Shown here one piece after another: positions 41,882-55,326 of a stretch of 64,000 nucleotides of DNA. This DNA is from Octopus vulgaris (Eukaryota). Under the pieces are notes generated by a model that did no database searches, was not told the origin of the DNA, and saw only the letters and a program-made list of their open reading frames with translations. A program made the translations under genes and the position numbers. The stretch is from positions 15,934,001 through 15,998,000 of the forward strand of contig OX597831.1 in assembly GCA_951406725.2 (NCBI GenBank), written 5' to 3'. Numbering within the stretch: the stretch's first letter is position 1; the number at the start of each line of letters is the position of its first letter.

Positions 41882-42398
41882 TAACTGGAACCTTGTTACC
41901 CGAGAAATTCTGTTGCCAATAAGAGTTAAGAAATGATTCATTACTGATGCCGTGCAAAGGCCTCATATTACTTTAAAGTTTTACAGGCTTTGTTACATAC
42001 TGCACAGTTATACTGGCTGGCAGGACAATGAGGCGCCACCGTATACACACACTCTTAAAATGTCTTTTCAGACTTCCAACTGAGAGGCACACCCTTCCAC
42101 ATTTTACACATGTTCTGTTGTGAATTGTAATCGCCACATCATCGTTTATCAGGGTTCGATTACTGTGAGATATTTGATGGTCGACCAGACCTACACCGAG
42201 TCAAACACCTCCAACGAACCACACACACACACACACAACGCCCGGGCTGGGCAACTAAACCGCGATCGTCCAACCGTGAATCCGCGAATCCGCTTCCCTA
42301 ACCACTGACCAATTGCGCCTCCACATATACGTATATACATACACATACACACACACACACGCACACGCACACACGCACGCACACACACACACACACAC

Positions 42399-42441
<43 letters not shown>

Positions 42442-43460
42442 CAACAATTGAGGGTAAAATTAATTAGTTATTAATCAATTTCACCAAGTAGTGTTCAGTA
42501 TGTAAAAAGGACCATTTAAGGCGAATTCAAAATATTATATTATATAATTAGGGCTTAGTAAAATAAATTACTTTGCCACATACTGAACTTTCTAGAAATA
42601 GCAGCCAAAAAGATTTTTAGCCATTTCCACCACTTTAAGAAAATTTCTCTCAGATAATGTTTACTCATAAATAACCCACGAAGGTATGGAGGTAAAAACA
42701 GAAAAATATCACAAGTACATATATATATATGTATATGTATGTATTGCATGTGGGTCAAACATTCAACATAATAAACTACTGCATATAACTTATTTCTGTA
42801 ATTTCATTTCAGGTCGTAATACTATATCAATTTATAAGACTGAAAAGTTACTCTTAATATTAATAGGACCACAATTCGCTTCGTAGGCGTAAAAGTTATC
42901 GCTACGTATTCTTTTCATAACACCTGTTGTGGACACAAATAACAGACTGTAGGTACAGATTTAGTACAATAATGTAAGAAATGTACTTATCAAAAGAGTT
43001 GAGCTGTTAACAAGATCAAAACGGATATGTGTACTAAGTATAAGTAAAAGAGTATAGAAACATTGACACGAATTTCTACAGAAAATAAACATCGAAAGAG
43101 GACGCCATTTTATAACAAAATTACCAAAATTTACCCAACAGATTCTGAATCGAGATGTAGGAGACATTAACAACAAATTATGAGATATTAAAGATAATAC
43201 GGATATCCAAGAATTGATTCGTAAAGACAAATAGCCAGAAATGTTAACTAACATAAATACATTCAATTTTATTTATTAGTTGAATATTTTCATTTCTTAT
43301 ATTGTCTAGGACACAAATCTCGTTCTTTAATACCTCGTTTACCAACGGCAATTGTGGTATATAGAGGAAAGTAATTGTTATTGGAGTAGAAAATAAGATG
43401 AGTCCCGAGTTTCCTTCCAGCATTCAGCACCCTATATTCCATACTTTAGCATATAAACAG

Positions 43461-43518
<58 letters not shown>

Positions 43519-43664
43519 CATTTCTGTGATACACGATCCCTATTGATAGGTTTCTTTTCCTTTCCCTTTTACGATCACTTTTGATCGAAAAAAACCTACC
43601 CTACGTTTTAATCTGTCTCGTCTGTGTGCAGCCCTGTGTGGCAAATAAAGGAACACACACACAT

Positions 43665-43770
<106 letters not shown>

Positions 43771-43900
43771 GTGCATGAGTAAGTATGTGCGTGTATGCAA
43801 GTTTGTGCGTGAATGTGCGCGTTTCTATATGTGTAAACATGTGGATAGATTTAGAAGGGGACAATAAGAAATGTCGATTACATTTCGTTTAATCACTTAC

Positions 43901-43943
43901 CGATCAACAGCGCCGTACAGATATATATTGAATATTTCATCAT
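43901..43943 (-). CDS. Gene B' exon 1: MMKYSIYICTALLI + 1 nt; spliced gene B' = 115 aa
   Basis: G|gtaagt donor; in-frame 3-nt indel relative to B. Exons 43+106+89+110 = 348 nt, open to the stop. Confidence 0.85.
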
Positions 43944-44790
43944 TGATGTAAATGGTTTGTTCAATGACTTGTCGTGAAATGGCTACACACCTCTAACCTT
44001 TTTTCCACACAGATATATAGGAAGTAGCAGATGTCTGTTGACACTAAGTAGGATGTACATATGATATGTGCGCCACGAAATAATAAAGACGACATCGTAA
44101 CCTATGATTTACTGACGTACCTGCCCTCGACATATCGTTTCAACGTAAAACCTAAAAACATTTTTATGCAGGTTTTATTGCACCTTAATTACGCATTAAA
44201 TTCAGGTATAACGTAGCAAGTTTGAGCACACAGTCACATTCGATGTTGTGTATATGTAATTACATAATTCATATACGTATATATATATATATGTTATATA
44301 TATTACACTCAGATACAGACACACATGCACACACAAACACACAGAGACACACACGCAATCACACACACCCATATTAGCCTATGTACCAGGCGTTGCTTGA
44401 GTGTAAAGAATGTTAAAGGAAATTAATATACTTTCCCGAAAATTTCCATCAGATGACGTCAGTATAAACACAGATATTAAAACAAATGTACAATGTTTTC
44501 AGGGTATCATTTAATTGGGGTACGAAGAAAACGAGTTTGTGGACTTCCAACTCGCAAACATCCTACATATAATTGCCCACGAGAGAAAGAAGAGGTAAGG
44601 TTAAGTCAAGCAGCGTTGAGAGATTGCGCTCGAGATTTATCTATGGCCATAGTAACACTTACTTTATTTACATTTGTCCTCATCTTCATCAGGTGTCTTG
44701 CGGAAATTTCGCACCTGGGTTCTCATTACTTAGGTATTTTTCGATGTTGATTTTGTTGTTGTTTTTGTTATTATTATTATTATTATTATT

Positions 44791-44913
44791 ACTTTTTTTT
44801 TTCTTCTTTCAAATTTTCTTCCATTTCTTGCCGAGTGTCTTCCCGACTCCTAGGGCAAAGAAACTCATAGTGTATATTGGTAGGCCATTAAACCAAACTC
44901 AGTAGTTCGTTCA

Positions 44914-44925
<12 letters not shown>
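44791..44925 (-). mobile_element. Severely 5'-truncated Dong-like family A 3'UTR in (TAA)n, copy 2 only
   Basis: Matches 4992-5113 and 9503-9625. The paralogous tract 26668-26750 is plain (TAT)n. Confidence 0.88.
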
Positions 44926-44957
<32 letters not shown>

Positions 44958-46067
44958 CATTATTATTATTATTCAGGTCACTGCCTGGTATCTATCTCGG
45001 AATCTTGTGGGTACTAGCCCGCGTTCTTAACCAATATGCCATATCCCCGTGCGCATAGAGTAGCAAGACCTAGATTTACTGGGAACTCGAGCCGTTTAAA
45101 TTCTTAGGGGAGGTCACATAGTATTACTGGGGCTCCGTGGGATGAACACAACGTCACATTTATATTTCCCATGAGAAATGAATTTTTGGTGGTAGCGACT
45201 AGTTTCATTATCATAATTAAAAAGAGTCTATCTTTACTTTTACAAAAAGGTGGTCGTAGAAATATGACGAAGTATTATTCATTATTGTGCTTTGTTTCTA
45301 TCAGAATCGATTGCCTTTAAAGCGAAGAAACAAAACCGACGTATACCAACTATTTTTTGAAAATAGTTTGAAAATTAGTACCCCACTCCACCCCGCAGAA
45401 CCTTCGAGTAATGAAAAACTTTCATTCTAAATTTCGTATAGATTGATCCAGCAGTGTGGCTGGGCAAAGCAATATGCCTTAAGGTTGGAGTGGAGTGGTA
45501 GAGTCGATTTCGATTCTGAAGAAGGGCCAATAACCAACTAGAAATAGTCACATGGCATTGACAAAAAAGTATCGAGTGTACTCTAGCTAATTTTATTAGG
45601 TCAATTCTACGGACAGTTATTTGAATAACACACGTCGATAAGTAACATAGGTCACGGAAATATTCAACTTTAAAATATATAAATTTCATCATATAACTTG
45701 AAAGCTACCGTACAGTGTGTAAGCTTGTGTCCATATGAAGACATTTCGTTATTTGAAAACTTAAAGTTTCTTTCTCTTTAAAACTCTTCTTTCATTATCA
45801 CAATTAGAGAGTGTTTTAGAATCCTTTATCTTTAAAGCCAAAAAACAAAACCGCTGCAAAAAAAAAACAAAATCGGAAGTGCCGTATAGGCGGGTGGGGG
45901 CTACAGACCATATATGGTCAAAGACTAAAATTTGTCCCATCCAACTCCTAGAGACTTCCAGAGTAATGAAAAACCTTCATGCCAAATTTGGTAGAGATTG
46001 ATGCAGCGGTTTCGCCGTGCTTACAGGAAACACACACACCCACACGGAATTGTATAATAGTAACAAT

Positions 46068-46125
<58 letters not shown>

Positions 46126-47746
46126 CATATAAAATAAGGGCAAAATAAAAAATTCTAATAGCAAATATGCCGAAAAAGACAAAATTTTCAATAACCATTA
46201 TAATTTAAGCGTCTCGAAACAAGCTGATAGAAATTTCAAAAAGAAAACCGTTATTAACATATTGGTCCCAATTTCTGGGTTAACGAATAAGAATTTTCTT
46301 CTCCTCAGCGATAAATACGTAAGACATAAATGAAATACTTACTCATACCCATGGAAAGAGCAAGCACTAAGGCCTGAGCAGACCTAAGTACCCCAAATAT
46401 ATCCAAAATAGAAAATCTTCTGCACATCTCGAGACACGTGATTCAAACTAGAAAGTTTTACAGAGTGAAAGAATCCGGAAGTGAACACTATTAAATTTAC
46501 AACTAATGTAGGATATAATTTTATTCGAAAAAAAAAAAAAAATTATGAATGGCCCAAAAATTTGGCCGAGTTAAACATGCAAAAGAAAATTTAGACTAAT
46601 ATTTTTGCTTTTTGCCATTCTGCTAAGAATTTATGCTCGTGTGAATCTGACTGAGTGTAGAAATAACGTTAATAAAGCAATATTAATACATGTAAGTGTT
46701 ATATGAACTTGCATAGCGAAACACTAATAAGGCATTTGTGTTTTTGAATAAATTAATGATATATTCCGAATATATTTTCATTTGTTACAAAATATTTTCG
46801 TCGCTTTGAAACGGCGCTCTTTTCACTGATAAAACTTGGTGCCATAAATAAGCAACAAGGATTTCCAAGATAGTGTAGTACAATTGTTTCATGCTACTTC
46901 ATTTTATTAAACACTGTAAGTATTACATCAGTTTTATAATGTCGAGCAATCTTCAACCACATATAGAATTTTTTAATTAAACGGACAATGCTTATACTTA
47001 TTTCATTTGCCAACATTACAAAGCTGGTAGATATAGAGAGGCTAATTTCATCATTAAGAACACGATGGTAGTATGTTATTCATATATATATGAAACGGTA
47101 AACTTTATCTCCGAACTTAACGTTCAAGTTGAGTTAGGACTCGTAATATAACACGAGAAGACCTTACGTGAAATTGCGGTACATAAGAGCACACATGCTT
47201 CCATCATTGAAAGACAAGGACCGTCAGCTCCGAATCTGGAGGTGCCACACCACACTATTTTGTTCTATTTTGAGTTTTCAGCCAGAGACATTCAGCTGTG
47301 TCATAACAGCAATCAAAAATATTTAGAATAAATATCACTGTACATTCAGGCGTTGATGTCGAAAAAGAGGTTCAGCGGCTGTCATCAGAGGATTGAATGA
47401 CAATCAGTGAGGAGAGCGAAACAGATATCACGAAACTTTCCAATGAGTTTTACATTAGAATGTACCCGTAGAATTGTCTAAGCATAGAATGTATAAAATT
47501 CACGGAAGAATGTAAGCGAAACAGTACGCACGCACACACACGCACGCACGCATATAAACACACACATAAATGTATGTATATATACATAATACTGTATGTG
47601 TATGTGTATGTAGGTTTAGGTGAGTAATCGAGAAAGAGATTGAAATAGATGCAAAAATAGATGTATATATGTGTGTGTTGATGCACTTGTTTCTCTCTGC
47701 CAGTGGGAGTGCGTGCGCGCGTGGGCGATTTTAGTATGAGCTCTCT

Positions 47747-48113
47747 CTTTTACTCATTTTACTATTTTACATGTTTTAGTCATTTGACTGTGGCCATGCT
47801 GGAGCAACGCCTTTAGTCGAGCGAATTGACCCCAGGACTTCTTTGTAAATATTGTACTTATTCTATCGGTCTCTTTTGCAGAAACGCTAGGTTATGGGAA
47901 CAAACATAGACACACAAACATATACACATACACACATATACATATATACATATATACGACGGGCTTCTTTCAGTTTCCGTCTACCAAATCCACTCACAAG
48001 GCTTTGATCGGCCCGCGGCTATAGTAGAAGACTCTTGCCCAATGTGTCACGCAGTGGGACTGAACCCGCAACCGTGTGGTTGGTAAGCGAGCTACTTATC
48101 AGACACCCACTTC
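47747..48113 (-). mobile_element. Octopus-type tRNA-derived SINE (duplicate of 29541-29907)
   Basis: Paralogous sequence. Confidence 0.85.
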
Positions 48114-49607
48114 GATATAAAGTGCAAATCCTGATCAGAAATTAGTCGCGTGGGTATCACTATTTCACCTGTTACTAAAACAAATGTTAAAATCTGTTGG
48201 AGCTCTTACAATTATAAGACTATGTTATTTATTAATTTGTAGCGAAAGTGCCATCCCTATTCACCAGTTGTAGCATCTGTAGATTTCTATCTCTTCCCCA
48301 ATAAAAAACAGCGCAAAGGTCGACGCTTTAGAACCGTTGTTGTGGTCCAGAGTGAATCATAGAAAGATCTCGACTGGTTTACGGTAAACGACTTTCACAC
48401 CGACATTTTAAAATGGCAGCAACGCTAAGACTAATGTATTGCTGTGTCAGGTGACTATTCTGAAGTATATGATGTTAGAACTTGGGTAAATAAGTTATTT
48501 ATTTTATTAGACATAAATCGTCCGGAAACCTTTTCATACCATCTCGTAATTGAGCAGACTCCTTTCACAAATCTGAAAATAATTTCCAGATAATTTTTTT
48601 TTCTATATCTAGAACGAAAGAAAAATCATTCACATCTTGGGAAATAGCAACAGTCAATTTTATGACCTTTTTCGTTTGAATGATTCTAAATATTCCGCAA
48701 AATATCTCGAGATTGTCTGCTTCTTTTTGATTGCCTTGCAACACGTCATCTCACAAAATACAACCGTTTCAGCAAATCCCGAAATAGGTTCGAAGCTTGA
48801 TGCTTAACTCTTCATATTCACAGGAAAGATGAATGCGATTTCAGTGAGCTATATATTCCTATCAATGCATTGACGCAGTTATATACGTCAAGTTTTCTCT
48901 ACGGCAATTAGATTCGTACACAAGTGTTCCATTCATAAACAAACGTCATTGGATCACATGTTAGCGAGCCCATTACAAGTGACATTTGTAACAATATAAA
49001 AAGTGAAATCAGGGTATAAAAGGATTCAACGAATATACGTTTATGCACTTCTGTAGTTTTATTTAAATGCAAATGCATCAGCCTCATATTTCTCAGGCAA
49101 ATGCATGTTTTCCCTAATATTAGGAATTGAAAATACATTTACCACTCTTTCCAAGCAATGAAAACCAGATAATCCAGTGTCGTCACAGCCAATCAAAATC
49201 CACCGAATCATTAAGTCTTATTCACCAGAAACACACGCTAGAGGTTACTACGTCTCTCAATAGCCGGAATGTACCATTCAGTTCAGAAGTAAATTATATT
49301 TGATATTCGAAACACGTCAGAATTGTTCTATTATTGATTATTGATCTCCTAAAGCGTTGAAAATGTATTATGTTTCAATGGGAACAAGATATTTCCGATA
49401 ATGGTTTTTCTGACCTTGCTTATCTGTCAGTCTGTCAATCTCTCTATCTAGCTATTAAAAATAATACATTCAGAACCATCTCTACTCTTGAATTTGTTCA
49501 AAACAATTCCACTCACTGCTGCTATAACTACAACCGGTCACTTTTGTGTCACTTGACCATTTAAGAAGACTCTACAAACAGACTACTACTGTCATACCCA
49601 TCCAGTG

Positions 49608-49728
49608 TTCTTCTTCTTCTTCTTCTTCTTCTTCTTCTTCTTCTTCTTCTTCTTCTTCTTCTTCTTCTTCTTCTTCTTCTTCTTCTTCTTCTTCTTCTTC
49701 TTCTTCTTCTTCTTCTTCTTCTTCTTCT
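49608..49728. repeat. (CTT)n microsatellite
   Basis: Pure TTC run. Confidence 0.97.
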
Positions 49729-49969
49729 TGGATTTCTTAATGCGGTTGTCCAGAAATGGAAGTTGATGGCTATATTCCATAGTAAATTAAATGTTTATAC
49801 CAAGCCCATTTAGAAGTGTTGAAATTCCACCCATTGGAATTCCTCTCACCTGCTGAAAATACAATCGATTTAGGAATAATAAAACTAACCCTCTCTTTCA
49901 TCTTTCTCTTATTTATATTGATATTTCCTTAATAACAACAATTATACAAGAAACATTTACCAGGCTTAC

Positions 49970-50021
<52 letters not shown>

Positions 50022-50238
50022 AATACTATGTTTCTAAATATCTCATAGAGACATGAGCGGTGGTGGAGCGATAGAGTGGTTGTAAACTGTCAACTTAACG
50101 TAACAGTCCTGTAAGGGAATTACTTCACCGCTGTTTAGCCCTAGGAAGCATCGACGCTTCCTGTCGGCCATGACACATTTCTTGTGTCCTTATATATTTA
50201 CGAAGGGGAGACAAATACACAAAACAGCTAGGCCTGCA

Positions 50239-50284
50239 TCTAGAGACATGCATGTTTCTGGGTCTTCCCCATCATCAGTCTAGA
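50239..50284 (-). ncRNA. Canonical minimal type I hammerhead ribozyme in a ~380-bp (TA)n-flanked element (50016-50393)
   Basis: TCTAGA-CTGATGA-TGGG-GAAGA-CCCA-GAAAC-ATGCAT-GTC-TCTAGA: 6-bp stem I, 4-bp stem II, palindromic stem III, GUC cleavage triplet. Confidence 0.9.
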
Positions 50285-50391
50285 GTAGCAGAGGCCTGCT
50301 AGCTGAATATATGTGTCTAGACTTCGTAAATATACGTATATATATTTTCATTGAAGTTTATTCACTGATCACCAAAATATTAATATTTCTG

Positions 50392-50448
<57 letters not shown>

Positions 50449-50550
50449 TCAGGGTGAGTACTTGATAATTATAAGCACCTGTGTATACCGTTTGGTGGTG
50501 TAGGTGGTGGAGTAAATTGATCAAAATAAAAACATGATGTCAAGGATTCA

Positions 50551-50628
50551 GCGGTACATATGTTTCGGGCCTTTATTAGACAGATTTATAACAATGCATA
50601 ATGTATGTCTGTGGCCTTCTTCAGCCGA
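50551..50628 (-). ncRNA. Hammerhead ribozyme in the 3' pLTR
   Basis: CGG-CTGAAGA-AGGCC...GGCCC-GAAAC-ATAT-GTA-CCG. Confidence 0.78.
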
Positions 50629-52410
50629 GCACAACAGCTTCCACAAGGACATGTGTTACATCAAAAATTCTTGGTTGGTGATGCAAATCCTCTCATTCGC
50701 GTACGACATAATGCGGCAACAGCATAGAATTGAAGCGTCCATCTCTTTCTTCTCTCAATGTAGAATGAGGAAATTTGGATGTTGAAGTAATGTAAATAAA
50801 TAAATACATATATAGACGTGAAGATGGAGGGGCGAGAATTCAGGACGAGGGATAAAAAATGTATAAAAATTGTAAGTATAGACAAATATAAAAATGTAGA
50901 GTATAAAGATATAAAGGGATATAAGGAGATGTAAAGGGAATATGAAGAATATAAAGAAATATAAAGAAATATAAATGAATGTAAAGGCATAAGGTTATAA
51001 AGTAAAAATAGAAATAGAAATAAAAGTAAAAAGTAAAAAAATAAAAATAGGAATAAACATGATAGAACATGATAAAAATGTAAAAAAATATAAAGATAAG
51101 GGATGTATAGAGGTTACGGACCAAACATGGTGGTCAGGAGATTGATAAAATTTAGTTGTAGAAGTTTTGGGTGTCAATAAATCAACAGGGTCGTCTGGGG
51201 ACCTAGTGTGTTGTAAATCAGAGCTGTTGAGCGTTTGATCTAGTTCTTTGAATTAATTGGTCATCTTGTACATACATACCATCATGGATACATACACCCA
51301 TATACACGCGCACATATACGCGCGCATACACGGCTCCAAGCCTATAAGCATACACACGCACTCACGTGTAAACATGTACATAAACACACATACATACAAC
51401 AGAATACAACGGACATTATACGTGTACACACCCATATATACATACGTGCGTCCATCCTTACATACACATACACATATGCCCACGCTTCCAGGTTTAGATA
51501 TAAGATATTAAAGGATGTATATAAGAACGTATGTAAAGAATCACGCACTCACGTCCACACGTGCACGCACACACGGCTGTGTGTCCATATGTGCGTGCAC
51601 ATATACACTTACATACACACACAGAGACATACGCGCATATGGGTATAGCTATAAGATATTAAAAGATGTATACAAATAGGTGTAAACATATGAATATAAG
51701 AAAACATGTAAAAAAATGTAAAGAAATACGGGGTATGCACATCCAGACGTAGATGTTTACTCGTACATATGTACACATATGTCTACGTATACATACGTAC
51801 ACGGACGCTCGTATAATCATAAAGCGGATCCATAGGTAAGTAAATAAGGGATAAGCAAAAAAAATAGACATATATAGATATATAAAGCGATAAGTTAGGG
51901 GTAAGAATGAGGGTAAGAGTGAAAATTAGAAATAAAAATAAGAAATACAATATAAAATAAGATACAATGTAAATGAAATATAAAAATTATAAAAATTATA
52001 AGAATTAAGATAAGGGATGAAAATAAAAATGAGAATAAAGGTAAAGCGAAGTAGAATAGGATAAAGCAAAATAAAAGTAAAAATAAAAATAAAATAAAAT
52101 AAAAATATAATCTGGTAAAATTTAACATGAGATGAAGGTGGTTGAAAGTTAGAGGTGTGTGTTAAAGGTGCCCACGTAGGGGCGGGCGGGATTAACTGAA
52201 AATTGGAAGGGTGGGAAGTGGAGTTTGGCGGTGTGCGTTCAACATCCGAGTTAGAAATGTGAAAGGGCATAGATATAGGGAAATAAAGAGACTATATAGG
52301 AAGGATATGGGTGAAGGAGAAGAAATATGTAGGGAAAAAAAGACATATATGGGAGACAAAATGTGTATATATAGGAGGAAAATGCAGGGAAACATATATG
52401 CACACACACG

Positions 52411-52458
<48 letters not shown>

Positions 52459-52595
52459 CATACACAAATGTGCACATACATATATATACGCACACATATA
52501 CACATATACACGCACATATAGGAAAGCGGGATGTGCTGGAGCCGACAGGTTTCACCGGGTGGGAGGAAATTGCATGGGGGAGTTGGTATAATAAC

Positions 52596-53851
52596 CTAAG
52601 CTTTGTAGTATTTGAAAGTATTAATAAGTTTGTGTATACAGGATGGTTTGAACTCTGACCTTTTGTTAATAAGATTGTGTTTGTCTTTGAATTTCAAGAT
52701 GTTTAGGAGTTCTACACAACATACTTGGCATCCTGCTCTATTATTTAAATAAGGTGCAGCTGATCCGATGATGGACCACCTGAGTTTGAAGCCTATGCAT
52801 TTGTCTTTTAATTCCCAAATTTTTTTAGAAAGGGAGGTGCTGTTAGCCTTATGTCTGTGTTTCAGCGAGGACCGGTGGTTGTAGTATCTGGATTTCCAGG
52901 AGGTTGAGCAACCTATGTAGGTGAGTGTGTTAAACTGGGTACTCACCTCACATGAATATATTACGTTTTTCGCCCTACATGCGCCCTGTAGCGGACACTC
53001 GGATGCACATATGCAGTTGCAGTCCATTGCATTATTCGGTCGTGTGCTGCTAATCCCAGGCGGAGGTGTTGCAATACGAGTGGGGACGTTGATATCCTCC
53101 TGGTTGTTGATGGGTGTAGTATTGCCTCTGTTGTGTTGGCGGGTGTTATTACTAACTGTTTGGGTAATATGGCTGCCAGTCTGATTATATTGTCTACTAT
53201 CTGGATGAGGGGGTTCGGTTGGTCGCTATAGCTTGCTCTTGATCTAGCTGTTCTAATATTAATATAGTTATGTTTAGCTATGAGGCAGCTCATGTTGGGC
53301 CGGGTAGAGTAGGAAATCCTAATGGTTTTGTTGGAGAAGATACTTCTATACTTATGGGTGGGTGGGAAGTTGTTGGAAATGATAGAGAATATTCTCTTAC
53401 ATAACTTACCCCTAACTGCTAAGTTGTATGGTATGTTGAACGATATATATTTGCTTAATCTGCTATTATCTCTTCTATTTCTCCTAATAGGATCTATATT
53501 GCTCTCGTCGGGAGGGTTACTATTGTGTGCTATTCTATTAGTTCGCCTATTTCCTATGCGTTGTTTGGAGTTTAAATTAGAATTATCGTTAGTATGAGTT
53601 GAGTGCGGAGTTCTATTATAATTGGGAGTTTTATGGCCGACGGACGTTCCCGGGTGGTCTACATATGATATTCTCTGGTTATACCCAGCACTATAGAGAG
53701 CCTGGTTGTAGTGTTGTGCGTGATTATTGAAAATTTCTCTATTAGAGGATAGTTTTGTAAGTCTGTCTGAGATGGCTTGGACCGTGGTGCTAATTATACA
53801 GGGTGGATGGTTGGAAGAGGTATGGATGTATTTGGTAGTTTCTTCGGGTTT
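52596..53851 (-). pseudogene. PLE ORF fragment: RT thumb, Cys-rich linker and GIY-YIG endonuclease (one frameshift near 53170)
   Basis: KYIHTSSNHPPCII..ISDRLTKLSS..YNQALYSAGY; TIRISYSTRPNM; CNCICASECPLQGACRAKNVIYSCEV..TYIGCS..KSRYYNH. Confidence 0.9.
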
Positions 53852-54035
53852 CCTATATATGTATTTATTTACATTACTTCAACATCCAAATTTCCTCATT
53901 CTACATTGAGAGAAGAAAGAGATGGACGCTTCAATTCTATGCTGTTGCCGCATTATGTCGTACGCGAATGAGAGGATTTGCATCCCCAACCAAGAATTTT
54001 TGATGTAACACATGTCCTTGTGGAAGCTGTTGTGC

Positions 54036-54113
54036 GCGGCTGAAGAAGGCCACAGACATACATTATGCATTGTTATAAATCTGTCTAATAAAGGCCCGAA
54101 ACATATGTACCGC
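54036..54113 (+). ncRNA. Hammerhead ribozyme in the inverted 5' pLTR
   Basis: GCGG-CTGAAGA-AGGCC...GGCCC-GAAAC-ATAT-GTA-CCGC. Confidence 0.82.
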
Positions 54114-54135
54114 TGAATCCTTGGCATCATGTTTT

Positions 54136-54189
<54 letters not shown>

Positions 54190-55289
54190 ATATTTCGGAA
54201 TGGTCATTTTGCCAGTTTAGCCAATATATATATAAAACACAAAATGGGACAAGAATGCAAAACATCCAGGCAATCAGGTCATTTGAAAAAGAGACAAGAA
54301 AATATCCAGATAGATGATTCAAATAAAAGAAGGACGTGTCATTCGGAGTTTTCTTTCCTCAGTCGTGTTCTAGATTTCCTTTACAATTTAGGCTGGTTAT
54401 TCTCGTGATTGCTCCAAGCTGGCCAGCTCTAAAGAAAAACTAACCCAAGCGATTCCTTGGAAGAAAGCAGCGAATATATATACATATGTACATATATATA
54501 TATATTTAGATTCATCCGAATCTAAATTTTGCTGAGCTTTTATATATATGTATATATGAATCTTTATGTGCCTCAGTGTGAGTCTGTGTGCGCGTGGGCG
54601 CTTGATGATTTTTTGATGATTATAAATACATTCAACATAGTACTAGTACTTAGGTAATCGAATGTTTTGTTCACCGGATCATAAGTATATATTATTGCTG
54701 GAAAAAATTCGGTTAGCATCAAGCGAGGTGTCTTGCAGTGGTTTCTGTAGGTTGTAGGTTATAAAGAAAGCTTATGTAAGCATTGCCAGGAATTTTTATG
54801 AGTATTGCTGGTTATTCAAGCGCCATGCATGTGAGAAACTATGTTCAAACCAAGTTTGTGGTAATATTTTAATAAACGTTTATGTCTTTTTTTGTTTGTT
54901 TTTTTGAAGAATTATATGATCTGGCGCAAAACAAACAAAAAAAAAAGGCATATACATTAATATTAAGGAATATTCAACAAAGAAAATGTTTCGAGAATGT
55001 TTTATTATAGTTCAGCGTATAGCAATTTTTTTCCGACGCAAATATGAAATCATTAAAATATTTATTGTTACTTAATTTATTTTTCAGCACATATAAATTA
55101 TGAAAGCATATTTCGATGTATTAGATATATCGTTGGACTGTCACAGTAAAGAAGCGTATTACGTATATTACGTAATATACCTTACGATCGTGAAACGGAA
55201 ACACCTGTTACAATAATTGTTTCAATTAAAGGAAATGAATGTTTGGAACAATATATGAATAAACGTTGTATTTAGCACTGATAGCCACG

Positions 55290-55326
55290 ATGAAATGTCG
55301 TCTTGGTATCTTTCTTCTCATTGCTG
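55290..55326 (+). CDS. Gene C exon 1: signal peptide start MKCRLGIFLLIA + 1 nt
   Basis: acgATG...GCT G|gtaagt. 37 nt, phase 1, same size as gene A exon 1. Confidence 0.82.

Larger units (their letters stand above)
50444..54140 (-). mobile_element. 5'-truncated Neptune-type Penelope-like element with inverted pLTRs, in (TA)n
   Basis: Inverted repeats 50524-50815 and 53853-54140, tail 50444-50523, RT C-terminus plus GIY-YIG coding region, long low-complexity 3'UTR. Confidence 0.9.

Noticed and set aside
54331-54367. Minus-strand CTGAGGA..GAATGACACGTC in a TA-flanked repeat
   Set aside because: GAAT instead of GAAA and no proper stem I or II.
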